Shown: positions 42,780 to 54,032 of the stretch, one piece after another
Layout of the letters: each line of letters starts with the position of its first letter
How positions within the stretch are numbered: position 1 is the stretch's first letter
DNA from: Tetramitus jugosus
Lineage: Eukaryota > Protista > Heterolobosea
Direction of reading: 5' to 3'
Assembly: GCA_937625935.1 (NCBI GenBank)
Contig: OW569364.1
Location: 310,001-374,000 of the forward strand
DNA: 64,000 nucleotides
Made by a program: the position numbers and the translations under genes
The notes under the pieces: generated by a model
Told to the model about the DNA's origin: nothing
The model's input: only the letters and a program-made list of their open reading frames with translations
Databases searched by the model: none

Positions 42780-43299
42780 ACTTGTTTCTGTAGCTCAAGA
42801 TTGTTGATTTATTCATTTCTTGACTCTCTTACCAGAAATCTTGTCATCTAAATCCCTAGTGTCAAGAAACACCGAAGGTATAGTATTATTGTTCGTTTCA
42901 GTTCAGCATACTCAGCCTTTGCTTGGTCGTCAAGTTGGAGTAGTTGGTAAATTCATGTGTCTGTCCTTCAGAAGGATTCCTCGTAGTAGATTTGTTCATA
43001 AGTCGTTCGTGTGTTTGTTTTCAGCAAGGAGCGGAGCAAAGATATCGACGTAATACAATAGATTTTGCAATTGTATCTCTTGACTGAGTAAGACTGAATG
43101 CAATGTGCTGTAAACCTAAATGTTCGTTCCTAGGTCCCAGTTTGTCGATTCAGATATCAAATGTCAATTCCCCAAAAGGTCCGTCGGTCGACATTGCTGA
43201 ATCTTGCTCTTTCGCGCAAGTGAGAACCAAGATTTCCACACACAACAATTCAAAAAATCAAAATCAAAAACACAACAACAAATAGGCGAAAAATAAGAG

Positions 43300-44880
43300 A
43301 TGAAGCGAGTCATACCGAAGACCACTATTCTTACACGTCTTCACACAAATAAACATTTCATTCACAGCAGAGAGGCTATTCATTTTGCTCATACGAGCGC
43401 CGCACCCAATCAAAATAATTCTCCGTTGAATTTTGACGACACGGGCGCCAATTTTTCGCGCCTTCCCACTTCAGAACTGCTCAAGTCGTACATGACGCTC
43501 ACCAGCTGCCAAATCCCGCTCGTTCGCAATGTGGGTCCCACGTTCCTCGACTACGGCGGACCTGCAGTCAAAGTTGCCGCCAAATACACTTATTTTAAGC
43601 ATTTTTGTGGCGGTGAAAATTTACATGAGAATGCCTCAGTGGTTCAAAAGCTACACCACTTGGGAGTCAAGACCATTTTGGATTACTCTGTAGAAGGATC
43701 AGTCAATGAATCAGGAGACACCTCTATACCCGTTCATTGTAATGAAACCAAGGAAAATGACATTACAAAAGTCGTCATTGACAGCATAAGCTTTTTGAAG
43801 CTACAGAACAGTAAGCTCTCTGCTCAAAACAAGAACAATAGCTCATTGATGGCACCTTGTCCCATGGCTGTTGTGAAGCTTACTGGCATCAGTGATTGTA
43901 ATCTTTTGATGCGAATGAGTGAAATTTTGTCCTTTATTCAACAATTTCCAAAATCGTTGGCGGCTCAACAGTTGTTGAATGTTCATTTCGATTGTTATGC
44001 AAGCGGAGAGAAGAAGGATGATGATATGACATTGATTCTCAAGAATTATGCTCAGAGACAACCGAGAACACCTGCTTTTGTGTTTGCTGATGAACAACAG
44101 GCACCTGCACCGTTGAATGAGGCAGAATTGTTGAAATGGAAGCGCGTGTTGGACAGAATGGACCTTATTAGTGCCCACTGTAGAGATCACGGTGTCACAC
44201 TGTTGATTGATGCAGAACAGAGTTGGGTTCAACCTGCGATTGATCTGATTGCCATGTATCAGTCATTAAAGTACAATCTGAATGTGCCGAGTGGTGAACG
44301 ACCACTGATTCACAACACGTATCAATTGTATTTGAAGGATGCGTTTGAGAGATTGCAGTTTGATCACGAGTTTATCTTGAATCACGTAACAAAGGGAAAA
44401 CAGGGTGTGAAGCTCGTGAGAGGTGCCTATATGCAATCGGAGACGAAGCGATGCTCCAGTTCTAGCATTCCCTATCCGTTCAACAAGGACATTAACGAAA
44501 CGCATCGCATGTATCACAATGGAGTCGATTTCACATTGAACAATATTGCAAAGAAGGACAATATGGCTGGCGTCGTTGCTAGTCACAATCCCGACACACT
44601 CGTCTTTGCCACTAATTTGATGAAGAATTATGGACTGACTAGTAGTGATACGAGAGTTTTGTTTGCTCAATTGTACGGTATGGGAGACAGTCTCACTTTG
44701 GCACTGTCCAATAATCAGTTCAATATTGCAAAGTATGTGCCGTTCGGTCCAGTACACGAGGTGTTGCCTTATTTGAGCAGACGTCTGGTAGAGAACAGCG
44801 ATATGCTCGGAGGATCAGCAGTTGAGATAAAGAGATTGAAGGGCGAAATATGCAGTAGAATGCCATGGGGAAAGAAGTAG
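43300..44880 (+). CDS. PRODH: Mitochondrial proline dehydrogenase
   Basis: HFCGGE, ILDYSVE, LIDAEQ, KLVRGAY, ASHN, FAQLYGM, KYVPFGP, YLSRRLVEN. Confidence 0.95.
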   Translation: MKRVIPKTTILTRLHTNKHFIHSREAIHFAHTSAAPNQNNSPLNFDDTGANFSRLPTSELLKSYMTLTSCQIPLVRNVGPTFLDYGGPAVKVAAKYTYFKHFCGGENLHENASVVQKLHHLGVKTILDYSVEGSVNESGDTSIPVHCNETKENDITKVVIDSISFLKLQNSKLSAQNKNNSSLMAPCPMAVVKLTGISDCNLLMRMSEILSFIQQFPKSLAAQQLLNVHFDCYASGEKKDDDMTLILKNYAQRQPRTPAFVFADEQQAPAPLNEAELLKWKRVLDRMDLISAHCRDHGVTLLIDAEQSWVQPAIDLIAMYQSLKYNLNVPSGERPLIHNTYQLYLKDAFERLQFDHEFILNHVTKGKQGVKLVRGAYMQSETKRCSSSSIPYPFNKDINETHRMYHNGVDFTLNNIAKKDNMAGVVASHNPDTLVFATNLMKNYGLTSSDTRVLFAQLYGMGDSLTLALSNNQFNIAKYVPFGPVHEVLPYLSRRLVENSDMLGGSAVEIKRLKGEICSRMPWGKK

Positions 44881-44897
44881 GAATATTCAATAAATAT

Positions 44898-47800
44898 TTA
44901 TGACGAGATTTTGAAAGATGTCTTCCGCATGGGAAGAAGCGAGAATGGTTTTCCTCGGAGTACAGTAATATTGAATTCTTCAACAACTGCCTCATGTACA
45001 ATCTCTTCCGAGGCAGTTCTCTCCAGATCGAGCATTCTTCCCAATCGACGCACGCCAAGATATATGTTGACCTTTGTATTGGTTTCTGCTCTGTGTGTTG
45101 TATCGGGAACATCTTGTTCATCATCTACGAATTGATCATCGTCCTCATCCTCTTCTCCATCCAAGAATTTGGTGTGATCAACTTCATCGGATCGTACTCT
45201 TTCGACAGATACCTCTTGTTCTATCACTAGAGACTTCTGCAACTGTCTCAAGTCAATTGCCGCTACGTGTTCATCGTCATAGGAATACTTTGGTGAGAAT
45301 ATAATCTTAAATAATCTCTCCTTTCCAAAGAAACTATTCAAACTCTCTTCCGTACAAACGATAAAGAATTCCTCTTCCACATTGAACACCAAGGGACCAT
45401 CGGAGAACATATGAAAACTTTCGTGTTGTTTTCTAATCACATTGAACATGTTGTATGATACAATCCAGGAGTCGTCAACATTCGAATCAATCTCGCATAC
45501 AGAGGGGATTTTCAAAGTTATTACCCATACATCATCTTTTGGACCGTATCTCGGCAAGTATTTCAATTCCTCCGAGGCAGATGACATACATGGAGAGTTA
45601 ATATCGTTGACAATGTTATCTACTAATTCGCGATGAGATTCCAAGTTCAATTTAGGTGTCCTTGTTTCTTTAAATGATTCGTTCTCACTCCTCCAAGCAT
45701 GTATAGAACTTGCAGGGCGTCCCGGAGAAAATTGCGAGTGTTTACTTCGAATGACGCCTGCAGAGTGCGGTCTTACCTTAATTGTTCCACTAGGACCTCC
45801 TTGGTCTCTCTTCGTATAGCTTAGATTAAATTGGTATGAATCGAGATTCGATAGTCTCGCTGCAGAGGTAGCTCTTCGGTTGAGAGCGACAGATGCAGAA
45901 ACTGGTCGTTTTGTAGTGTCTCTATCTTGCTTAATTTGAGACTGAACATATTCATCAGCACTGGTTCTTCCGCTGAGAAGGGATTTGGTTTTTCGGATGA
46001 CAGAAGCTGAAGAGGGTCTTTGTCTAAGAGAAGTAGGTGCCTTACGTGCGGGTACAGGAGTAGTCCTAGCTGTGTTTGACATATGTCGAGGAGATGTACC
46101 AGTGAGACGAGGTATGGTTTCAATCCATTCACCTGGCAAGGGGTCAGCAGTAAAGAAGTCGGGCGGAGGAACATATATACCAGGTCGATGTTCGGTGAGT
46201 TTGATATTAGATACATCTGTCGCACGCATTTGAGTAAATCCCATAGTAGCTCGTAAGCTACACAGTTTCAGCTTCGAACTAGAGAATAGTACCATATAAT
46301 CGAGTTTCTCAATCAGGTTACTCGCAAACTGGTTTAACAGTAGTGTAGCATACCCAACGACTCCATCATGCATACAAAGGTTGATTGTAACTCTCTGAGC
46401 GAGTGTTAGTGTGGAGGTTCTTCATGTGGAGGAGTGATGTTATTAACATACTACGTACCTTTTCGTTTTGGATCCACTGACGAAATACATCTCTGTTACG
46501 AACAAAAAAGTAAAATACTCTTAATTTGCCTATGTTAAGTATAGTTGATTGTGGATCTCGTTTGACAGGCACCACCGTTTCACATCCAAATATTGAGAAT
46601 TGAAGTGAAAATTTGTTTGGCAAATTCTCTGGAATATTTCTTAGTTCATTCAAATAAATTATGAATCGATACATGATCAGCGAATCAGGGCCTTCTGATT
46701 CATGTTCATCAGTCATGGACTTGAACTTGTTCTTCACTCGAACTCCACTCTTCATGGTATTCAAAATTGATGCGTTGTCGTTTGCTTTCTCATTCACGGG
46801 AATACCGATTGCTTTGGCAAATTTTACTTCCACTTTTGCCAGCTTCTGTTCTTGCAAATACATGTCAAAACAATTTTTGCATACTGTGTGAGTTTGATAC
46901 CAAGTTGAGGTATCCTTCACATATCGAAATTCTGGTCTATCGAACCAAGCTAGTCTCACTGATCGTCTTTTCAAATGTTTTTCAGTAGCAAATATCATTT
47001 TCAACGTCATAGAGTACTCCAGCTCGCTTGGAGGATATTGATTCAAACACATCTTACACTCTTTAAGTCGAATGTAGTCATATCTTCTCTTTGAGGTCTG
47101 TGACATTTCCTCGTCGTCATGCTCTGAACTTCTTGGCACGATTTTGGGTATTGATGTGAGCTTGATGCCTTTCACTTGCAAAAACCAATATAAGCCTGCC
47201 TCATCTCTAATAAAATCTACAGCCATATCAGATATCTGAACCCTCGGCCGTATAATATTTTGAATATGTTTGACAATTCTCTCAGTAATTACTTCGAGTG
47301 GTCGGATGGCTGTGCCTTGCATTTGATAGACGTGCAGAGAGTTGATAGAATCGGTGGAAATTAACAATTTTTTCGATAATTCTTTCTCAGTAAGGTCATT
47401 CATCGTTTTCTATTTACATTGAGCATTCAGTAGTTGTTTAAATCAGTATCTCAACTCACAAAATTACATACCTTATTTCCAAGCATATATCCGGAGCAAG
47501 GCGTGCTCATACTCCAAACAACTCGAGTAAAGCACGCTTTAGAACCTCTACATTTGATGTATCTTTGAAGTACTGTAGTACCTTGAGATTGATTCTCTAA
47601 TAACTCGTTAACTTGTTTTACGTTCATTAGGGTTACATGATTTGTCACCGTATCTCCAATAAGAGGTCTCTTTGCGAGCACAACCATCTCATTTTCTGAC
47701 CTCGTGTTACTTGTCAACTTCTTTTTGATAGTTTTCGTAGATGGATTGTCAACACGAACAATGAATCCTTCATCGGATGTATAGTACATGATAGGATTTT

Positions 47801-48475
47801 CTTCAATTCCATAAATTACAGTATGAGGAATGGCCAGAACAAGCTTAGACCTATCATCGCATCAATGAGTAAGATTATTGAAACAGAGATGTCAAGTGCT
47901 AATAAAACTTACTTTGTTATTTGATTTGGCTGATCGGATATAGATGGTGGTTTGGGAACCAAAAATTTGAAAAAGTGAATCAGTGGTCTGAGATTAGTCG
48001 AACTGTTCTTAAATATTTCTTGAAATTCTTCATCGTCACATTTCACTTTGGCCAATAGTTCTTCCTTATTCTTCTTTGATAGGGCAGAGTGAGTGTCAGT
48101 TCTACTGTGCACTTCTCTATCATATGTGGACAATCTAAAAGCAACATAAACGTTAGTTTAAAGAATCTATAACTTCAAACAAGTTCATACATACAATTTA
48201 TGTGTCCCAAAGTCTTCATCATGATCAATGTTCAACGTTGCGTCAATCTTCTCAAAACAAATATGACATAAAACTTTAGAATGTTATGTTCATGACAATC
48301 ATTCATCGTTCAAATTGTGGACAAAACATACCGGCCTTGTTAACTTTGGTGCCTTCTTTCGGATAATACGTGGCTTATTCTCGAAACTTCGACTTGAAGC
48401 TGTTCCTACTCTGCTTATGAGATGTCTTAAGTTCGTTTCTCTGGCGTACTCCTCGTCTAGTGCATTATTAGACAT
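44898..48475 (-). CDS. Large multi-exon hypothetical protein (ATP-grasp-like segment, CxxC...CxxC, C2-like domains)
   Basis: ORFs 48299-48559, 47909-48133, 47451-47789, 46366-47403 and 44898-46373 linked by GT-AG introns (e.g. AAG|GTACGT near 46458 ...CAG|AGA). RP(A/S)SA repeats are typical of ciliary proteins. Confidence 0.6.
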
Positions 48476-48563
48476 GGTAGCAGTTCTAACGTTTGAATAA
48501 GTCCACAACAATGCGCTTTTATTTTCGAAACCGTAAGTTTTTCGGGAATCACGCGCCAAAAAC

Positions 48564-49967
48564 CTAATTTCGGATTCGACACTTCAACTTGACTGCTTCT
48601 TCCGTACTTCGAGTTTTCGGTTCACAGAGCGGGAAATGCTCTGGATTGGTCATATGGAGCTTGTCCGCGTCAGAATTGAAGGCAACAAGTCGAGACCATC
48701 TGGCCTTGACTCTCTCATTTGGCGGTGTGCAAGGTGAGATGTCATCCAATGGACAATCCTCATTTCTGAATCCTATATCATTTAAAGAAGAAAACACAAT
48801 TGTGGTTAGCTGCAAGTCTTGTGCATCCACAAAATTGCTAACATTATACATACTTTCTCCTTCCTGGAGCCAATCATAAAGAACTTGATGACAGTTTGGA
48901 TTGTAGCGCTTCTCTCTTCCCGTAAATGTCGAAATGTCACCAATGTGCGAGAACAGATTCGACCGATAGGCAATGAGAGGTCTGTTGTTGTTTTGTTTTC
49001 GTTGTTCTTCAGCATAAAAGTAGATCATGTGATCAGGTGGGCGTGGCAATTCACGACCATGTTTTGCCAGTGCTCGCTCATAGTATGCAATAATGTTTGG
49101 TATCTCTGATGTCTTCACAATGACACCGTTCAAACCATAGGACACGCGGAGCGATACCCAGTCAGGATAATAGTCACTTGCCTTATTGATCAAGTACTGC
49201 ATAGCAAACATACCATTGGCACACAGAGTGAAATCATCCTCCATAAACAGTGTGTATCTCGCTGGACTCTCCTTATTCTTCTCATTCAAGTACTTGATAC
49301 TCCACAGGAAATCAACAGTCTGTTGATAAATTCTCGATTTCTTGTCTTCTGCATGTCTCTCTGTTGGTTTCGACGACACAAACCGAATCAAATCACCTCG
49401 TTCGTACTCATTCTTCAGTGCTTCGAATCGCACGTGAGGAGTCTGTGGCTTATTGTGATTAATCAACCAAATTTGAACCTGATGAGGCACAGACAATGCA
49501 TCTCCCTCATTTCTCGGCAATTGATCCATCAAATGTTCAATGGTCGGTGTCAAGTAATCCACAGAGGGAGGCAATGCCTCTCGCGACACTGTAGGTATCA
49601 AAATATGCATAAACTTCATTGGACACTGTAGTGCACTCTTCTTGTTGTTATCTTCCTTGCAAGTACCTGCATCTTCATCATTACGCGTCTTTTTCTCGTT
49701 TGTTATTGTCAGTTTTTGATCATCTTTTATGAGGGGAGGCGACGGTACGATTAATCGATTGGCACCACCTTGATTGTTTTCATTGGGATTACCTCCCGTA
49801 CTGCGCATCATGATCACTACAAACGACAAGAATAGGAACAAGAGTACAACAATGACAATTTTCCAATATTTCCATCTCATGAAAGATCCAAAGAACCCAC
49901 TTCCATGATGATGATGGTGATGGTGATGATTCGAAAAGAGTGGTGTTCGTCTATTGTGATCAAACAT
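48564..49967 (-). CDS. GT54/MGAT4-like glycosyltransferase (in-frame 81-nt intron 48773-48853)
   Basis: Type II TM, ILIPTVSR...DYL..T, YTLFMEDDFTLC, NLFSHIGDIST. Confidence 0.78.
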   Translation of the reverse strand: MFDHNRRTPLFSNHHHHHHHHGSGFFGSFMRWKYWKIVIVVLLFLFLSFVVIMMRSTGGNPNENNQGGANRLIVPSPPLIKDDQKLTITNEKKTRNDEDAGTCKEDNNKKSALQCPMKFMHILIPTVSREALPPSVDYLTPTIEHLMDQLPRNEGDALSVPHQVQIWLINHNKPQTPHVRFEALKNEYERGDLIRFVSSKPTERHAEDKKSRIYQQTVDFLWSIKYLNEKNKESPARYTLFMEDDFTLCANGMFAMQYLINKASDYYPDWVSLRVSYGLNGVIVKTSEIPNIIAYYERALAKHGRELPRPPDHMIYFYAEEQRKQNNNRPLIAYRSNLFSHIGDISTFTGREKRYNPNCHQVLYDWLQEGESMYNVSNFVDAQDLQLTTIVFSSLNDIGFRNEDCPLDDISPCTPPNERVKARWSRLVAFNSDADKLHMTNPEHFPLCEPKTRSTEEAVKLKCRIRN

Positions 49968-50039
49968 GGTCCCAAATGCTATTTTGATGTGTTTTTTGAT
50001 TTTCGCAAAATCAAAGTTGCTTCGAAGCAGAGAGAAAAG

Positions 50040-51641
50040 ATGAACAATCGCAATCATGACAACAACAAGAATAAGAAGCGGAAGAACAACAATGGACATG
50101 CAGTAAAAAGACGAAGACAATTCTACAATAACAATAATAACGACTCTGCTGCAAGTCATCATCATTCCTCCTCAATTGACGCTTCATCATCACAGTCATC
50201 TTCATCCTCCTCGACTGTGAGACAAATTCCTGGTTTTTTCTATGATGAGGCGACCAAGCGCTATTTCGCTATTGATCGTCAATCAGAATCATTCAGAGAA
50301 ATTTATCAGAAGGCAACACTTGCAAAGAAGAGCGACGATGAAAATGTGAAAACTTTTGAAGCGACGCGACAAGGTTTGCTTGAAAAGAACAGTGATGATC
50401 ACTGTTCCTTTGTGTTGATGGGGTTGGAGGCGCGAAATCCAATTCGTGAGCTACGGCGGAGAAATAGAAGCTTGGAACGATGTGTGTTGGGTCATGTGGT
50501 GCATGAGTGTATGCAAGATGGGCAATTGTTTGACCAGTTTGTGCCTCATGAGGGAATGTTGCAAGATTGTTCCTATCAGACTCAATGGTTAGAGTTATCT
50601 CCTGAAAAGCTCTGTATGATAAGCAAGGACACGTTGCTTTACACGTACAAAGGATTCTCAAGATTGAAGAAATGGAAACAGTTCAAGAATGGTCGAACTG
50701 AGCGACAGTATGGTGAGCATACTGAAGAGCATCAGTTACTGAGCTCCGATGTTGGAGGGTTCTCTGTTGTTCAAACCATGTACTCCACTTCAATGAACAC
50801 CATTGTATCATGCTTACAATGCGGTACATCCAAAGATAAGATTCTCTTGACTCGGTTCCTTGATGATCCAGATGATCTTGGCAATGGTCCTCACTCCTTG
50901 CATCGATTAACAAAGACTGAAACCTTGTTCGCGTCCAAGAACAAAACATATTGGACTTGTGCGTGGCACCAGAACAATATGAACCATTATTATGACAGTT
51001 TGAGACCCATGTCAAGCTCTAAACTGATGAGTATAGGTGTGTCACTTGGAGGCATGTTGATAGATATGGAAACACGAAAGATGACATCACCAATTCATAC
51101 GGACCTCTCCGACATTGTTTCACAAGTGTTTGTGGATGAGGGTTGTGTCTGGAACGGCTGTCGAAATTCCTCTGTGCACTTGTTTGATGTGCGCAGTGCT
51201 GTCCACAGAACAAGAAGGAGTGGATCAGGCAGAGGCAGCAACGGTGTGGTCAACACCTCTCAACAATTCAAATGTGTCTCCAGTGTGAATCATTTACAAT
51301 TTTTAGAGCCGTACACTCTGTTTATGAGCACTGTGCGCGGCGATATTGAAGCAAGAGATATACGAAAGACAGATCAGCCATGTCTCAGCATACAACAAGG
51401 CTCAGATGCATCACTCACCAATTGTAGCATCTACCTCGTTCCTGCAATGTCAAAACCTGGGTGTGACATGCTTGTGTATGCTGATTTGTGGCACAAGGGA
51501 ACGGTGTCCATGTGGAATGCACACAATGGAGATTTATTGTTGAAAAAGGAATTGCCAAGAGATACGTTCCTTCAAGCATGTTGCACGAGTTTCGATCATA
51601 GTTACTTTGCTCTGACCGACAAGCGACTCATTGCTATCTAA
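50040..51641 (+). CDS. DCAF4/WDR21-like WD40 protein
   Basis: IPGFFYDEATKRYF N-terminal motif; NGCRNSSVHLFDVR and DIR WDxR-like motifs. Confidence 0.75.
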   Translation: MNNRNHDNNKNKKRKNNNGHAVKRRRQFYNNNNNDSAASHHHSSSIDASSSQSSSSSSTVRQIPGFFYDEATKRYFAIDRQSESFREIYQKATLAKKSDDENVKTFEATRQGLLEKNSDDHCSFVLMGLEARNPIRELRRRNRSLERCVLGHVVHECMQDGQLFDQFVPHEGMLQDCSYQTQWLELSPEKLCMISKDTLLYTYKGFSRLKKWKQFKNGRTERQYGEHTEEHQLLSSDVGGFSVVQTMYSTSMNTIVSCLQCGTSKDKILLTRFLDDPDDLGNGPHSLHRLTKTETLFASKNKTYWTCAWHQNNMNHYYDSLRPMSSSKLMSIGVSLGGMLIDMETRKMTSPIHTDLSDIVSQVFVDEGCVWNGCRNSSVHLFDVRSAVHRTRRSGSGRGSNGVVNTSQQFKCVSSVNHLQFLEPYTLFMSTVRGDIEARDIRKTDQPCLSIQQGSDASLTNCSIYLVPAMSKPGCDMLVYADLWHKGTVSMWNAHNGDLLLKKELPRDTFLQACCTSFDHSYFALTDKRLIAI

Positions 51642-51747
51642 CGAAGGGACACACTAGTGGATAGCACGAGGTTCCTTGGAAAAATTCATTATTTTTGGCA
51701 AAGGGCTTTTGGTGTTGTCAGAAATCTCGAAAAAAACAAGAGACACA

Positions 51748-53082
51748 ATGGCAACACCACAACAACACAAGGTGACAGAAGAACGACATTTGATTCAGAA
51801 CACGGTTTATGTCACAGGCAGTAGCAATAGTGGTCAATGTGGAATTGCTCAAAGACAGATCACATCATGGACTGCATTGACTGTCCCTCTCGATGACTCT
51901 ATAAGCCCAGTCGTAGTCGCGGATCCGCAACAACAGGAACAAGAACCACTGCAGCAATTGAACAAATCCATTTCACTGTTTGGTTCTCGTCAAAGCATTG
52001 ATCACCAAATTGTCAAAGTTCGCTGTGGGGGCAATTTTTCACTGTTCCTGTCGCGGAATGGACAAGTGTTTGGCATTGGGGACAGCCATAGTGGAGCTTA
52101 TGGTCGAGACAAGAGTCAAACGGAACAGAATACGGTATTGTTTGAGATTGAGGCGCTCAGACATCAGAATATAGTGAATTTAGACGCTGGATTCAACTTT
52201 AGTTATTTTCTAACGGGTGATGGACGATTGTTTCGCTGTGGATCAAATTCCGATGGACAATTGAGTACAAGGGATAAAATCAATGATATATTGGACTCTC
52301 CCATTGATCAATCATTGTTTGGTGGATATCCCGTTGTACAAGTGTCCTGTGGTGGCAATTTCGTTTGTGCATTGACGAGTGATAATAAGTTTTATGCATG
52401 CGGTCAAGATAGTCCGAGACAACTATCTTTGTTTACACAAGTCAATTATCCGTCGTTGGAAGGACAGGTCATAAAGAAAATCTCTTGTGGCGGTTATCAT
52501 TTGGCGATACTGACGGAGAATGGTGTGATCTATGGAACGGGCTCTCCCTTATTTCAAGCAGAAAATCTGCACACTATTCAAGAGACAATGTTACCGCTGA
52601 AGGTTAGGGATATTATTTGTGGTTACAATTATTTAATGTGCATTGGTGAGGATGGAAGATTGTATGGAAGCGTGGGCTCGAGCAAGAAAGGTTTGATCCT
52701 TGATGGACAGTTGGGATCTACAGATTCATGTCCTCGGCCTCATGATGATTTTGTTGTCAAAAGGTTCAAGTTTCCTATATCAGAGGTAATCACAGGAGCT
52801 TCGTCCACATCCACCTTTGTCATTCTATCCAATGGCGAAATTTACGTCACAGGATGCAATGAACGAGGAGGACTGGGAGTTGGAGATACAAACAATAGGG
52901 CAACATTCAAAAAGCTTCCTAGAACCAACCAAAAAATGGCAATGACAGCTGCTACCGGTGCCTTCCACTCTGTTCTATCCTACTATGATGCCACATTGCA
53001 CACAAGCTGGCAAAACACCCTGTGGATGATCAAGAGAGAGAATAAGCTCATTGATTTGGATATTCTTTTTGAATATAACTAA
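51748..53082 (+). CDS. RCC1-repeat protein
   Basis: Repeated V.CGGNF..L...G.V...G.N..GQL units. Confidence 0.9.
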   Translation: MATPQQHKVTEERHLIQNTVYVTGSSNSGQCGIAQRQITSWTALTVPLDDSISPVVVADPQQQEQEPLQQLNKSISLFGSRQSIDHQIVKVRCGGNFSLFLSRNGQVFGIGDSHSGAYGRDKSQTEQNTVLFEIEALRHQNIVNLDAGFNFSYFLTGDGRLFRCGSNSDGQLSTRDKINDILDSPIDQSLFGGYPVVQVSCGGNFVCALTSDNKFYACGQDSPRQLSLFTQVNYPSLEGQVIKKISCGGYHLAILTENGVIYGTGSPLFQAENLHTIQETMLPLKVRDIICGYNYLMCIGEDGRLYGSVGSSKKGLILDGQLGSTDSCPRPHDDFVVKRFKFPISEVITGASSTSTFVILSNGEIYVTGCNERGGLGVGDTNNRATFKKLPRTNQKMAMTAATGAFHSVLSYYDATLHTSWQNTLWMIKRENKLIDLDILFEYN

Positions 53083-53207
53083 ACTATCATGAGTTTGCTC
53101 ACCACCTTTTCTTCCACATCCCAAATACAATTAAAACCTCAACACGTGTTGTGCATAAATTAAAGCATGCTCAGCAGACTACTTCTTCTTCTTCTTCATT
53201 ATTATTA

Positions 53208-53927
53208 TTATTCGGCAGATGTCGACGAAGAAGCCAACGTAATCAACTGAAGTGTCGAATCCACATATTTTGCATCTGGTTTCACAACTGCGACATCATC
53301 TCTCATTTGATTTTCATCATCATCATCTCCATTCTTGTTCTTATCCTTCTCGTTTTCATCATCATCATCACTCATTCGAAGCTCATCTTCATCATCAAAC
53401 GCAATAAAATCCTGTCCTTCAAATCTCTTTGTCACATTTGCATTGTTCATCTGAACTTCACGCATCCACTTGTTATGATACGCAATGGCCACTTGTTTCA
53501 ACGATCGAATCGTTCCAGAAACGTGCAGTACTCTGAGTGCAACACTCACTGACTTTTCATCTTGATCACTACTCACTCTATTCAACAATGGAAGACACGA
53601 TTGAAACATGGATTGAGCAGCATGTGGAATTTGGACAATGCACATGTGAGTTTGTGCATTGATATAAATGACCTTGAATGCAGGTTTCTGGAGAAGGATC
53701 GTACGACCATGTTCACCCCAATACCTTGTAAAGTGATTCAACAAACAGGTGGTAATGATTTGAGCGGACAAATCGTTTCGCGCCAAAATGACTTTTCGGA
53801 AAAATTGTTCATCTTGGGTGGTTGTAAAGAGGAATTCAATGAGAAGATGACGCTTCTTGAGTCTTTTACCAAACTTGATGAGAGGTTTCTTTTGTCTCTT
53901 GTCCTTGTTGTGCTCTTGTTTGATCAT
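53208..53927 (-). CDS. POP5: RNase P/MRP subunit POP5/Rpp14 family with acidic tail
   Basis: RLKKRHLLIEF...WGEHG...LRVLHVSGTIRSLKQ. Confidence 0.8.
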   Translation of the reverse strand: MIKQEHNKDKRQKKPLIKFGKRLKKRHLLIEFLFTTTQDEQFFRKVILARNDLSAQIITTCLLNHFTRYWGEHGRTILLQKPAFKVIYINAQTHMCIVQIPHAAQSMFQSCLPLLNRVSSDQDEKSVSVALRVLHVSGTIRSLKQVAIAYHNKWMREVQMNNANVTKRFEGQDFIAFDDEDELRMSDDDDENEKDKNKNGDDDDENQMRDDVAVVKPDAKYVDSTLQLITLASSSTSAE

Positions 53928-54032
53928 CTGGTTTGGTTTTGTTGTTGTGTGAATTCAATTGAAAAAAAGTTCAAGTTTTCAGAGATAAAAAAAGTCAATT
54001 CACAGGGAAGAAAATCTTGAATTAATTACGTC

